From Felis catus (lineage: Eukaryota), in the NCBI RefSeq assembly GCF_018350175.1, contig NC_058368.1, positions 200,262,001-200,326,000 of the forward strand: a stretch of DNA of 64,000 bases. Reading direction: 5' to 3'. The notes under the pieces are model-generated. The model was given only the letters and a program-made list of their open reading frames with translations, had not been told where the DNA came from and searched no databases. The position numbers were made by a program, and so were the translations under genes. Each line of letters opens with the position of its first letter. Position 1 is the stretch's first letter. Positions 11,078 to 23,888 of the stretch are shown in pieces.

Positions 11078-13119
11078 AGAAATATTAAGGGTAATGGAAT
11101 TAAAATTTATCATAGAAATGATGAACTCCTTACTGCTTATTTGGTAAACCTGATGATATATAGCTGTCTGCTAAAATATTTATGTTTCCTCTCCTCAAAG
11201 AGAACTGTGATTTTTCTTGAAATATTTTTTTTCTGATCCAGTTGGCTAACTGGTCTCACAGTATAAATAAAGTGAAGGATACAGTAAACAAGTTAACTTG
11301 ATTTAGAAGAATTTCCCTTTCACTTATTAACTCTTTCTACAAACTAGTAGACACATACCATCAAATATCAAAAGTATAATAATATACATCATAGTCAGGA
11401 GGAAAGGTAAGGTGATTTTGTGAGAAGCATTGGAATGTTATTCCTGCAGTTATTATTCACAATTTACACTGTTCCGAAAAAATTATGGTGGATTATCAAC
11501 AGATTATAGTGGATTATCATCTGAGAAAAAAAAGAATAAACTTGCTTCACCTTACTGAGTCATTATGTCTCCTAACAGTTTAACAATAGACAAGCCAGCC
11601 TGGCTCATTTGGGCAAAAGCACAGCTTTTTGAGTTGTAGTCACCAAGCCACCTTGGGAGGACAGCATTGTAGGCAAGTCAGATTAGTGAGGAAAGAACGC
11701 GAGGTTTAACGACAGTGCTTTTTACTGCCTGAATTCCACACACTTTGAGGTCCACCTCAAATCTACGTTTAGACTCTGCTTGGCTACCGTCCTGTGGCTG
11801 TTTGCAGAAGGTCCAAAACTTGTTTGTCTCCTCAAAACCTCTCCTTTTCCCATGTTTGCCTTTGATAATGTGCGGTAAATGTGGCATAACAAAAGTACAC
11901 ACTGCCTGTAAAATCCACTTCCTTCTCGCCCTGCGAATTTATGCTCAAGAGGGTTTAGACTTATCACCTTCTTACTGGGGCCGCATAAATAACTGGCAGT
12001 GATTTCCTTTCTTGATAATAACCATTAACTGAAAAATCTCATGATCCCAGAACCCCAAATTTGTATCTGATATAAGCCAATCCTAAACTACCTGACAAGA
12101 AGTGAAGGGACAGTATAAACTGTTCAAATTAATCAGAATCCCCACACCTGGGGCAAAATGTAGTTGAAACACTTGAGCTATAAAACCAGATGGCACCCTA
12201 TGTTTATATAAGCTGTTTGCCTAGAAACTGAACCAGATTTGTAAACACTAAATCAATATTTGAAGGTTAGGTGCCAGCTGTTTTTCAGGATGCCGTTAAG
12301 TGACTGGAGCTCATCAGCGGGTCTCAAATAAGAGGCATCTTTTAGCCTGGCCACTGTACCTGCATTCCTCTGTTTCACAGCAGCCATGTGAACCTTTCAG
12401 CCATTTCCACAGGACTCAACAAACCTAACACAGATTGTCACCACCCTGCCATGATTTTTTCTCAAGAGTTTTATTCATTTAGTGCTGCAATAACTAACTA
12501 ATGGACTGACTGTTTATTTGCTCGGCATCCCTTCCTAAATGCTCATTGACCAGTGATTCACTTTGACTTGCATGTGGTTTTGGTTTAATTTGCCATTTTA
12601 CTGTTGCCAGGGACCATAGAAGTTTACACTTGCCATGCACCAGTAAACTTTTTTTTTTTTTTATAATTGGAGAGATCTGTTGTGCTTTTCAATGCCACAT
12701 GGCAGAAGGACCTTAAAAGTAAATTAATAATAAGAGCAATTAAGTGAGTATTTTATCAAATTATTTGTTTGGGAACAGCTGAAATCAATACGTAAAATTT
12801 AATACCAGCTTGTAATAAAAAGGTTGTTTCTATGATTCCTAACCCGTCAAGTCAAACATTTCTGCAAAAACTGATGCAGTTTTCAAGTTTTTATGCTTAC
12901 TTCCATTAAACTTGAATGTGTTTCCACCCAGATCTCATGTATATACTTCCTGTCCTATTAAATGGAAACTCTATGGGTGCTACAGAAAGTTAATGTTTAT
13001 TGGAGAGTCTTGTTTGACATAAGGAGACAGACTGAGTAACTTTGTATCTCTTTAGCACACTATATTCTATGAAAATAAAGTTTGAAGTTTGAATTTTTGG
13101 GTTTTGCGATTTACAAATT

Positions 13120-13270
13120 ATTAGTTATATCCAGAAGCCACTTAACTCCTGAGAGCTCATTTCTTCATTTAACATAGGGCAAAAACTCCAGAGGATTTTA
13201 TGAAGATTAATTAAAATAACATATGCAAAAATTGAGTAAACTATGGTGACTTAGGCAGTAAATTATTATC
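13120..13270 (+). mobile_element. MIR fragment
   Basis: CACTTAACTCCTGAGAGCTCATTTCTTCATTT...GAAGATTAATTAAAATAACATATGCAAAA. Confidence 0.55.
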
Positions 13271-13619
13271 TTATTCATATCTCAATTCAAATGCTTTAAA
13301 TATCTAGTTTTTAAAAGCATACTATGTCCTCAATGTCAACAATATATACTAGAAATATATACTAGATGTATATTTGGAAGCTGGCTCTTTTATGATGTCA
13401 GTTACTTCTAAAATAGTTTACAAAGGAAGGGAGGTAAATGTTTTAACTTTGGATGTCTTCAGATTTAGGGGTTTTGATCAAAAATCTAGTTTTGAGTGGA
13501 ATGGTCTGGGGAGAAGACTGGGGTAATGACTAATAATATAATTATAAATTTATGTGAATGACTAAATTAGTTAAACTGTTTCAGGTATATCTGTCAAGCA
13601 AGGGGCTTCTACTGTAATA

Positions 13620-14640
13620 CAAAAATAAGCTATGAAACCCAAAATATTTAAAGTAGTTTACAGCTTGTGCTTGAATTAGCAGATACATCAGAAGAACAGA
13701 ACAACTTTGAACTAGCATATGTGACCAGGTAGTATGTAGCTAATCAGAGTGGAAATAATTGGTTATTTAATAAATGATGCTGAAATAACTGACTGTATAA
13801 AAAAATCATAACAACAGGCTTGTAGATTCCCATGTCATAGCATATGAATTCTAAGTGGATTATATAAGTACATGTAAAGTGGATACAAACAAAATTGGAA
13901 GAAAATAGAGGTTATTAGTATTGGCAAATAAAACTATGTTCTAAACATGAAATTAATACAAGTCAAGGAAAATTTGATTTAACTATACAAAATTAATATA
14001 ATAAATATTAAACCAAATCCAGAGGGTAGATAATAAACAATTAATAAGACAAGCTTGAATAACTTTAGTTTGTGAAGAACTCAGAAATAAAACAATATTA
14101 TTCCAAACTGAGCCTAGGAGAAAAACAACCCAGGAAGATGAGACACGAAAAAGTTAAAAATCTACCTGATAATTAAAATCTACAGTTAAAAGAGTCATCA
14201 TATAACATACACCTCTTATTAAGTTGTGATAACATTTTAAATTTAATTTAAATTTAATTTTTAAAAGTTAATACATCCATATAATTAAAATTCAAAGGTA
14301 AAAATGCCCCCCTGTCACCTATTCTCCACTCACTAATTCTGTCCCAGGAGATAATGAATGTTTGCTATTCCTTATGGAAAAAAATGTTTTAATTAATTGA
14401 TTTTTAATCTTAATATCAGTGAGGCCTCAGTGAAAAGTTTTTGAGGAAAAATGCAGATGACAATGCAAATTGACAACAGCCATCAAAATTTTGGCTATCC
14501 AAGCTTTAGTATGTTTCATTGTTGACTCATTCATTCTCATTCCTCATTCTAGGAATTTATCTCAAAGAAATAGACATAGGAGCAAAAGTTGTGAATTGAT
14601 TATTAATTACATCTTATTTAGAGATAAGTTAGAAACAAAT
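13620..14640 (+). mobile_element. Ancient L1M (L1ME-like) degraded ORF2/3' fragments
   Basis: A-rich; TATTTAATAAATGATGCTGAAATAACTG and TTCTAGGAATTTATCTCAAAGAAATA are L1-like; probable antisense L1 piece at about 14240-14375. Confidence 0.55.
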
Positions 14641-14841
14641 ATAATATATAAGCCCTCATTTGAAATGCTTTTTCTACCCTGTAGTACAAGTATACCATTT
14701 TCCTCTAATTTCTGCAGAATACACTATTGAGAGTCCTTATTCTCAGAAAACAGAAAAGAACAAGTGATAGAGAAAAGGAAGGAGTGGAGGAACATGGCAG
14801 GAAGATGATAGTGGAAAGATTTTTGATGACTCTTCTCTGCC

Positions 14842-14970
14842 CATTCATTCATTCATTCATTCATTCTTATTCCAAACACTGAACACTTTTTAGTGCCTAC
14901 CAAAGGCTAGTCATTGATGATACATCATTGTGAAAAAAAAAAAAAAAGTAATCAAAATCCCCTGCCACAT
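14842..14970 (-). mobile_element. L2 3' terminus with (CATT)n
   Basis: (CATT)6 followed by TAGTGCCTACC...AAAATCCCCTGCC. Confidence 0.65.
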
Positions 14971-15019
14971 AACTTAGAAGATAATCCCTACAGAATCATA
15001 TGATTGCAATTTGCTTTGT

Positions 15020-15300
15020 TACTTTTTTGAAAATTATGTGGTTCTTTGAGATACTTAAACTTGATATGAATTTTCAAATCATTCTATCCAGTTTCAATAA
15101 CAATACCCTCCCCAATATAAAAGTACAAACTCTTCTGGGATTCTGGCTAGAGTTGAATTATGTTTATTATTAACTTCAGAAGAATTAACATTTGTATATC
15201 ATCTCCATGGGTAGGAATAAGGCATTCTCTGAATCTCTTTAGGTGGAATGTTAAGTCCTACTATTATTTTATTTTTTATTTATGTATGTACCTTTTCTAC
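15020..15300 (-). mobile_element. Ancient L1M ORF2 fragment (antisense)
   Basis: ATATGAATTTTCAAATCATTCTATCCAGTTTC...CTGGGATT resembles antisense L1 ORF2. Confidence 0.5.
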
Positions 15301-15349
15301 ATCATTACATGTATTTCCATAAATTAAAAATAAAGTTAAAATATTATTA

Positions 15350-16360
15350 AAATAAAATAATAAAGGTATTAGAGAAAATTGATGAATGAAAAAAGATATT
15401 TATGAGCAATATAGGAAACACATAAAGAATAAAGGGTAAAAGAAAAACATAGACATAATTGTAACTTAAGAAGTTTAAATGAATGAGATTGAAAATAATC
15501 ATAAACAGAAAATAATAAAGATACTTCCAGTATATGCAGATAAATGTTAATAATAATTTAAATTCATTCCCAGAGTTTGATGAGAAAATAATAGATAATC
15601 CAAAGGAAAAGATAATAAAAAAATAAATCCAAATGAACAGTAAACATGAAAATATGTTCAACCTCACTGCAAATGCAAATTAAAACAACAAGAAAATGGT
15701 ATTTAATCAAAAGATGGATAAAAATGTAAAATACTGATAACACCATCTACAGGCAAGAATACAAGTAAACTAGTGGTTCTCATACATTGGTGGCAATATG
15801 AATGACTGTGACCTCAGTGGAAATGGATCTACCAATATCTATCAATATTAAAGACAAAAAACTTAAGACTCCATCAATTCAATTTGGGGAATTTAATGTA
15901 AAGAAATAAAATCAATTGACAAAACTGTAGCAAGAGAGTTTATTGTGACTTTGTATGTAGTGTAGTTGTACTGTAACAATCTGATCATCCATTAATAGGG
16001 GAATAAAAGATTATATTATGGTGCAGCCATGTTATGAAATTAAGTGCTGTTAAAACAAAGAATGAAAGCTTTCCTGGTTAACTTGAAAGGATGAAGTTGA
16101 AGAGTAATTTCTCAAGTATGATCCACTTTTTTGGTAAAACAAACAAACAAAAAAACCCCTTCAGTCTTGACCCTTGCCAATCTAAATGTGTGCATTTGAA
16201 TACAGTATAAATGCAGATAAAGTTTTGAAAGTATGTAGACCCAACTATTTCTCAGGGAATTAGATATGGCTAGGGCTAGGGTGAGAGAGTATTTAATTTT
16301 TTCATTCTCCAATGCTTTAACAAATTGCCATGACTTTATACTGGTTAATTTTATTTTAAA
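15350..16360 (+). mobile_element. Ancient L1ME-like 3' region
   Basis: AAATATGTTCAACCTCACT...ATGCAAATTAAAACAACAAG...TCTCATACATTGGTGG...CATCCATTAATAGGGGAAT. Confidence 0.7.
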
Positions 16361-16909
16361 TATAGTGTTCAGAATTTAAGTTATAGTTAAAAAGAGAACA
16401 AAGCAAATTGCAATAATTTATGTTTTAAATTGCAACTAATCAACACATAAGTATTTGGCAAACTAATTCTTACATGTAACAAATTTTAAAAATGTCAAAT
16501 TTTAGAGTTACTGTAACTTCAGACTTTTTCAATAATTGTTTCAATACAAAGTCTTGTTATATTGTTATTGTTGCTTACTCAACTCATGAGGAATTTTACA
16601 ATATACTTCACTTATTTTTACTAGTATTACTTTGTATCTCTGATTCCTCTAGTATATCCATAGGTATCCTTTTCCTCCTCTTTCTATAGTAACATAACCA
16701 GTTAAACAATTCAACAGAGCTGTTTGGTAAAAGATATTTTAAACATTTTTGATTTTCTCCATGTGTCTTTGTATGCATACCTATTTTCTCTGAAACAATT
16801 CTCTGGAAAGATAAAGTAATATTTCAAGTAGGTAGGTCGAATGAGGGAGGCTATCTGAAATTAAATGTGAATAAACTAGGTATCTTTCCAAATGTGGATA
16901 TAGCCTGCT

Positions 16910-16937
16910 TTTTTTTTTAATGTTTACTTATTTATTT

Positions 16938-16997
<60 letters not shown>

Positions 16998-17160
16998 GAG
17001 AACACAAGCCGGGGACTGGCAGAGAAAGAGACAAAATCTGAAGCATGCCCCAGGCTCCAAGCTATCAGTGCAGAGCCCAACTTGGGGCTCAAACTCCTGA
17101 ACTGTGAGATCATAACCTGAGCCAGTCAGATGCTTAACTGACTGAGCCACCCACGTACCC
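16910..17160 (-). mobile_element. Can-SINE with (GA)n expansion at 16940-16987
   Basis: SINE core; TSD GATA(T/C)AGCCTGCT at 16897-16909 and 17162-17174. Confidence 0.95.
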
Positions 17161-17429
17161 TGATACAGCCTGCTCTTTAGGAAAAATATCTTTTAAGCTA
17201 ATTATGTTATTCTTTCAGTAATAAATTAGGGGAAAAAAGAAAAAGAAACTTAGAAGCCATATGTTTATCTGTCCACATTTGTTTACTAAGGAGACCAAGA
17301 TTATTTAGTTATTGTTGCTTTGTTTTAATTGAACTGTGATTAATTTCTGCATATAATAATCAGTTATTTCATATATCAAACTGATTAGAATTATGGTTTG
17401 CAAATACTGTGGTTTCAAGAAGCTTTTGA

Positions 17430-17808
17430 TTCTTTGGGTTATACTGATTAATATTTATAGAATTAGAAATGAATTATTTTTTAATTAATTTATTAAATGA
17501 CAATATAAACACATTGCATGGTAACAAATAACCTAATTATTATAGAAAATATGTTTTCAAAAAAGAGAGAAAAATTGATTTTTTAGTTATCTGCAAATCT
17601 TTTGAATAGCTGATTTAGAAGAGTACTGGATAGTTGTACATTCTTCAGTTTACTGGGAAAAAAAGATTATAACTATGTGGGAAAATAAGAGCAGGAAAGG
17701 AAAATAATATTTTGGTATCATTATGAAAATAATTTTGACATTATAGATTTCAATAAATAGGTCTCCATGTCCCTCAAGGGGTCGTAAGACCACACTTTGA
17801 GACTACTG
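17430..17808. mobile_element. Charlie1-like hAT DNA transposon end
   Basis: Terminates AGGGGTC...GACCACACTTTGAGACTACTG, similar to the Charlie1 terminal inverted repeat region. Confidence 0.65.
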
Positions 17809-19809
17809 ACTTAGAACATCAATTTAGTAACACATAGAACTACATTGAAGGAAAGAAATAGACTGCATGCATATCATGAAATTATATACTCTAGGTGGAG
17901 GATTCATGAAATCTAGCCCACTGGAATGCACTGATTCTTTCTAAATGAGATGGACTGGGCTGTTTCCATATGAGTTAGAGAGAATCGGATAGAAGTAATT
18001 GACATCGCTGGAAGACTGCTTCTCAGGATCAAGGTTATGAATAATTCTAACAGTTACTTCACTTCCCTTTATTTCAGAATCCTGGAAAGGACCATCCAGC
18101 TAGCAAAATTAAGTCACTTGTGGCACCCTAGCTTTCCATGAGTGAGGGAAAATAATTTCTGTCCCCCTTTCTTTCCATGTTCAGAACCTTAATGTTCTCC
18201 AGAATTAAAAAGAGTTTGGAATAGCAAAACTAAGACAAGTGTGCACTACTGTTTCTAGCAGGGATTGCCCATTTGTATTTTCTATCTTTCTTGGACAAAA
18301 GGTAGTGAAGTAGTAGGTCCGAATAGGAGTATCATGTTGACCTTCATTCTAATCATACCTCGGAGATTGTCAGGTATTAAGGTTGTTGAAAACTGCAGGG
18401 CAGTAGGCACTTTACTGAATAAGGCAAAAAATTAAGGCTTTAACAATGAACAAATTATTTCACATTATCCAAATTCATATTTCATAAAGGGCTACCTTGT
18501 AAAGCCCTTGATATTATACTGAATCTCAAGATAGCATTAAACACATGATGGCAGAATTTAAAGTTAATTGTTGTGATCCTGACCTCCAAGTCTTCCGCCA
18601 GCCAGAAGGTACCACTTTCTCCCCTAAACATTTGTCAACTGTTTTGTTCTCTATAGTCAGCCATCTTCTAAAACAGATGTTATTTGATAGGAAGAAACCT
18701 GAAGTAAAAGGTTCTTTGCTTGTATATCACTATTCATCTTTAAAAGTGTAGAAACTTTCAACAAATCCTTTGAGTGGCATATTTGTTGGAATGTGGTAAG
18801 CCCCGACTTTGCAAACTCTTTTTTAATAGTAAGTCTCCAATGAGAAGGCATGCTTAATCGAAAAGAAGGTCATAGATCCTTTCACATGCACTAGAAAGGT
18901 CATTCTAACACCAGCAATTTTGAAGAGAACCAAAGAAGTAATTAAGCTGCCAATAATTATAGAAGACTCTTACGGAATAAATTGCCCTTGACCTCTATTT
19001 ATTTTGGTCAGGAAATATCTTACAGGATTTTATTTTTATCTATGGCTACTAATGCAAGTTAATTTTTTTCTTTCATGCTAAAATAAAGTCAGGGCAAAAA
19101 AATGATATGCCGAGGAAAGAACAATAACTGGTGTCTGTAATATGCACTTAATTTTAAAATGTAGATCCACAATTAAAAAGCCTAGAAATATCAGTGTTGG
19201 TTTGTGGGATGACCTCTACACTCTTTGGAACCTATTCAAATCACCCTGAATGGACATTGGACAATGGTAGCCATTAACATACTTGTCTACTTGGATTAGC
19301 AATGAATAGCTATAAAGTGCCTGCTTTTATTCCTCTTAAAGTCTTTGGGAGTTCTTAGAAAGTCAGAATTTAAGTATTTTTTTATTATTTTATTAAAATA
19401 TTATTTTTTAAAAGCTATTTGAAATAAATGTTTAGAAATTTTGAATTTCAAGTAAAACTAGAGGTGAGTATCTGTCAGGGAAGAATAAAGAATAATGTGA
19501 AGGGCATTTGGAAAGGGGAGTTATATATAGTTTGGAATAACGTATTTGATATAATAATTTTATTATAATTGAAATTGAATTTATTTTAAAATGGCAAATA
19601 CCATTCCAGTTAGGTATTAAGGCAGATAAGTTGTTTATTTGTTTGATTTTCCAAAGAGAACATGGGTTAAACATGGTTGAAAGCCCTCAATTTAGAGAAT
19701 TACAGTTTTTTTGTTTTAAGTGATTGGTCATCAAAAGTTTCTGTAAGAGGGATTTACTAAAATTAAGATTCTTTTAAGGTCAAAAATTCTAAGATACCTA
19801 GCCAAATAT

Positions 19810-19895
19810 TAATCACTAGAAATGGGTGATGGGTATAAGGGAGTTCATTCAATTCTCCTTTCTTTGAAATGTTTGGAATTTTCCACTATAAAAAT
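19810..19895 (+). mobile_element. L1ME/L1MC 3' terminal fragment
   Basis: GGGTGATGGGTATAAGGGAGTTCATT...GTTTGGAATTTTCCACTATAAAA. Confidence 0.6.
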
Positions 19896-20346
19896 TATAT
19901 GATGATGGCCTACAGTAGCTGAATAACTTGAAATAGTCCATGATGAAAAAGATATGTCAGAGGTATAAAAATATTTTGGCAGGAGGAGTGAAAATTAACA
20001 GATATGCTTCTTTTTAAACATTTTTAAAAAGTAATTAGAAGTATTCGCCAATTTTATGATTAAGAACGAGAGATATCTACTGTCAGTACCTGTAACTGAA
20101 TGGGTACAACTTAATGGAAGGACATAAAGATATCCGAAAGGGTGGGAATGCACATTAAGCCTGGGACAGGTGAGACTGCATTAGGGGATAGGGAGGGAAA
20201 TAAGCAGAGAAAAAGGAAGCACTCAAGCACAGACTAGAACAGAGAGAAAATAAAAAATGAGGGTTCTCATAGGAAGGAAGAGGTACACAAAAGAAGTTAA
20301 TAACTACATAAAACTACCTAATACACAAAGAGAAATCAACTGTTTT

Positions 20347-20559
20347 TTTTTTTTTTTTTTCAACGTTTATTTATTTTTGGGACAGAGAGAGACAGAGCAT
20401 GAACGGGGGAGGGGCAGAGAGGGAGACACAGAATCGGAAACAGGCTCCAGGCTCTGAGCCATCAGCCCAGAGCCTGATGCGGGGCTCGAACTCACGGACC
20501 GTGAGATCGTGACCTGGCTGAAGTCGGACGCTTAACTGACTGTGCCACCCAGGCGCCCC
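20347..20559 (-). mobile_element. Young felid Can-SINE (SINEC_Fc-like)
   Basis: Many intact CpGs, pure T tail, perfect TSD GAAATCAACTGTTTT at 20332-20346 and 20560-20574 followed by AA (L1 endonuclease site). Confidence 0.97.
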
Positions 20560-20924
20560 GAAATCAACTGTTTTAAGACCTGGCACCACTTACTTAAGTG
20601 GTCAAAATTGCCTCTTCCTAGATTTGTGTCCCAGTTTACTGGTAATCTTTCTCCTTTCTTCTTTCATCTCCAGTACAATTTTCTAGAGACACTTGGCAAT
20701 TTTCTAGATTATGAGAGAGCTAAAGCTGAATAAATTATTGAAATGAGGAAGCCCTGGGTACAAATGCATTTGTTTATTTTTATGGACGAGATGGGAAAAC
20801 CTTAACGGAGATAGGCAAGTTATAGAAACTTAAACATTTGGGAAATTTTTCTTCAGGTTGAATGAAATTAAGTATAGACTTTCATGGAACTGAAAGGCTG
20901 GCCAGTGATTTGTTCTTGTTTTTT

Positions 20925-21662
20925 TGTGGAGTGTTCTTCAATACAAAAAACAAATTCTCTGCTGATACCCATTTAATGTCCTACAAATCAATTCAATTCT
21001 GACACTAACTCCCTAGTCGAGTTAGTACAGACCCCACAGATTAAGGGCATCATCCCACCTTCTACCTTAGATACCAGTCTCAAGTCCTAGGTTGTCACTG
21101 GTACTTCTGGCCAATCAGTTATAAACTGGGGTTTCCAAAAGCCTCTTCTCAGGTTGCAGATTCTGCTGGAATGGCTCACAGAACTCAGGGAAACACTTTC
21201 TTTACATTTAGTGATTTATTGGAAGGATGCCACTCAGGAACAGCCAAATGGAAGAGATGCATAGGATGAGGTATGGGGCATCAGAGAGGCATAAAGCTTC
21301 CAAGCTCTCTCTGGGCACACCACCCTGTAAGCACTTTGATGTGTTCACCAACCCTGAAACCCAGCTAATCTCATTATTCAAGAATTTTTACCGAGCACAT
21401 TTTCCAGTCCCACCCCTACTTTCCCAGAGGTGGGGCTGAAAGTTCCAATCCTCTAATTACTTCATCTTACTGGGACCAGCCCTATCCTGAGGCTATCTAG
21501 AGACCCCTCTAAATAAACCCATTAGCATAAACTCAGGTGTGTTCAAAAGGGGTTCCTTATGATTAACAAAAGACACTCCCAAGGTTCAGGAAATCTAAGA
21601 GTTTTAAGAGCTCTTAGCTAGGAAAAGGGACAAAGACCAAATATGTGTCTTACTTTGTCATA
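20925..21662 (-). mobile_element. MER21-like solo LTR
   Basis: CAATTCAATTCTGACACTAAC...CAGACCCCACAG...TGGAATGGCTCACAGAACTCAGGGAAACAC...GGGACAAAGACCAAATAT match recalled MER21. Confidence 0.8.
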
Positions 21663-21906
21663 TTTTTAAAGGAATCTTTTTAAAATAAAAAAAAAAAATA
21701 CTTCAAATTTCTTTGAATAATTAAAACAGTATAGTTTGTGAATAATTACCACCAATTAATCTCTAAAGTAATGAGTTATACAGTAGTTGATAATCAACTA
21801 CCTTGATTATCACATTACTTTGATGGATTTGTGCTCTACAAAAAGCATTCTCTATCATATGGTTACCAGGCAAAGAACCAGTTCCAAACTCAGTTTCAGG
21901 TAGTTC

Positions 21907-22410
21907 TGTTGGAAGAATCAAGACGTGAGAGACAAATGTGGGAAAGGAAAGGTTTCTTTATTTAGGAAGGTGCAATCTGGGAAGATGGAGGACTAACATC
22001 TCAAAGACTGTCTTCCCTGTCCAAGGGAAGCTGGAGGGTTTTAAAGGGTAAGGCACTGAAAAAGGAGGGGGGTTGGTGTGCAGGAGAAGCAGGTGCCCAG
22101 GAAGTTGGTCTTATGTCAACTAGACCCTGAAAAGACTTACCAGCATCTGTGGCAGCTGTTTTTGAATGTGATCAGGCCTTATTTTTGGGGAAAGTTTGGA
22201 CATTCATTCCTCAAGGCCAGGGAAATGAGATTTCCACATCTCAAGGAAAGTAAATTAGTTCTGCCACAAACCAAAGGAGTGCATAAGCTTGAAGTAATTT
22301 ACCCTTAAGATGGGTCAGAATGCTGTTACAATATGTCCTTCTTGGAATTTCACTGGCTCTGGTGGGATGAGCCTGTATAAAAATTTAAGTTTTAGTCATG
22401 ACTCTCCTTT
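21907..22410 (-). mobile_element. Probable ERV solo LTR, family unassigned
   Basis: Starts TGTT, with TTTATT (AATAAA on minus strand) about 50 bp in and a TTTTAAA TATA-like element further on; right boundary uncertain. Confidence 0.5.
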
Positions 22411-22719
22411 TGTAGAAGAAATAATTGGTTCTTATGTTTTCAATTATCTTCTCTCTTACCTTTAGTTTTATTACTAATCCCTCTATAGTTAGTATACATT
22501 ATTCAATCTAAATATCTCCCCCGAATAAAGGGAATTCTTTCTTCTCCTTTTGCCCCATTTTTTAGAATCCCTATTTGATTAATCAATTTATCTGTATTTA
22601 AGTTGAACAGACCTCTCTGAGGAAGGCAAGACTAAATAATATGACAAATTCTTCATGACTACCATTTGTGCTAAACATGAAGAAGGCTGTCTTAACAGGA
22701 CTTCAGGACAGGTTACTCC

Positions 22720-22878
22720 TTCTTTTCCTCCATTCCTCCCTCTTCCCCTTTCTCTTGCTCTCCATTCTTCCCTCCTGTCTTCACTCTCTTCTTTCTTTCA
22801 TCTTCCTTTTTTTCTTGCCTCTTTCTTTCCGCTTTTACTCTTTCTGGCCTTCTCCCTTCCTTTCTCTCATCTCTCTAC
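22720..22878 (+). repeat. CT-rich low-complexity polypyrimidine tract
   Basis: Directly visible. Confidence 0.85.
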
Positions 22879-22889
22879 CAGTCATGTTG

Positions 22890-23117
22890 TTTTATTTTAA
22901 TTTATTTTTTAATGTTTATTTGTTTTTGAGACAGAGAGAGACAGAGTGTGAGCAGGGGAGGGACAAAGAGAGACGGAGACACAGAATCCAAGCAGGCTCC
23001 AGGCTCTGGGCTGTCAGCACAGAGCTTGATGTGGGGCTTAAACTCACAAACCATGAGATCATGACATGAGCCGAAGTGGGATGCTTAACCGACTGAGCCA
23101 CCAGGTGTGTCCCCCCC
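22890..23117 (-). mobile_element. Can-SINE (feliform type)
   Basis: GACACAGAATCCAAGCAGGCTCCAGGCTCTGGGCTGTCAGCACAGAGC core. Confidence 0.95.
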
Positions 23118-23134
23118 TGCCTTTTTTTTTTTTT

Positions 23135-23655
23135 TAATTGCCTCATAGCTAATTTGCTCAGACTTAGTGGTATGAAACAATAACCATTTTAGTATGCTCA
23201 CTGTTGTGTAGGTCAGGAATTCAGGAAGGGCATAATAATGATGACTTGTCTCATTTCCACAATTTCTGGAATCTTAGCTAGAAAGATTCAAATGACTGGA
23301 AGCTAGAATGACCTGGAGATTTCTTAGCTACCTTGTCTGGCATCTGTATTGGTATGATTGGTATGTATTGGCCAACCCATCATGTGACCTCTCTGTGTGG
23401 TGTAGCTTCCTCACAACATGGACTTTAAGACAGACTTCTTACAAGTTGTCTCAGGACTGCAAGAGTGAGTGTTGTAGCAACATGACTGAAGATGAATGTG
23501 GTTTTATGACCTTGCTGCAGAAGTCACATAGCATCACTTCTATCACATTCTCCTTGAAAAGGCAGTTGATCATAAGCTCACTCTGATTCATTGAGAGGAG
23601 ATAAAGACCCCACATCTCTATGAGACAAGGGTCAACAAAATCACAATCATATTTT
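23135..23655 (-). mobile_element. MLT1 (F/G/H-like) MaLR solo LTR
   Basis: ACTTAGTGG...GTAGGTCAGGAATTCAGGAAGGGC...GCTTCCTCACAACATGG...GAAGTCACATAGCATCACTTC...GACCCCACATCT. Confidence 0.8.
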
Positions 23656-23888
23656 ATAACTTCTGTACTTCCTTTCTTTGAAGAGACTTGGAACTTCTTC
23701 TTCACATCTGCCTATGCATGTAACTGGCTATGAGACTATATTCAGTGAAACCTGAACTAGTAGTCCCGTACCAAATGGTGACCATTAACTCATTTATTTC
23801 TGTGAAGTGAAAGATCTTATTCAAGCGAGAGGTTAATAAATAAGTCTACTGATCTGAGAAACATAGTACATTTCAATTGTATTCTTTT

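Noticed and set aside
15347..15746. Hydrophobic ORFs resembling mitochondrial or membrane proteins
   Set aside because: Antisense reading of an A-rich ancient L1; no recognisable mitochondrial gene sequence.
18640..18800. Possible exon (TTTTGTTCTCTATAG acceptor, GTAAGC donor)
   Set aside because: Stops occur in the frames I checked and no partner exons are evident; such signals are common by chance. A non-coding exon cannot be excluded without RNA data.
22668..23069. Longest ORF (133 aa, hydrophobic, membrane-protein-like)
   Set aside because: It is a translation of a CT-rich tract running into an antisense SINE; the Leu/Phe/Ser bias is compositional.
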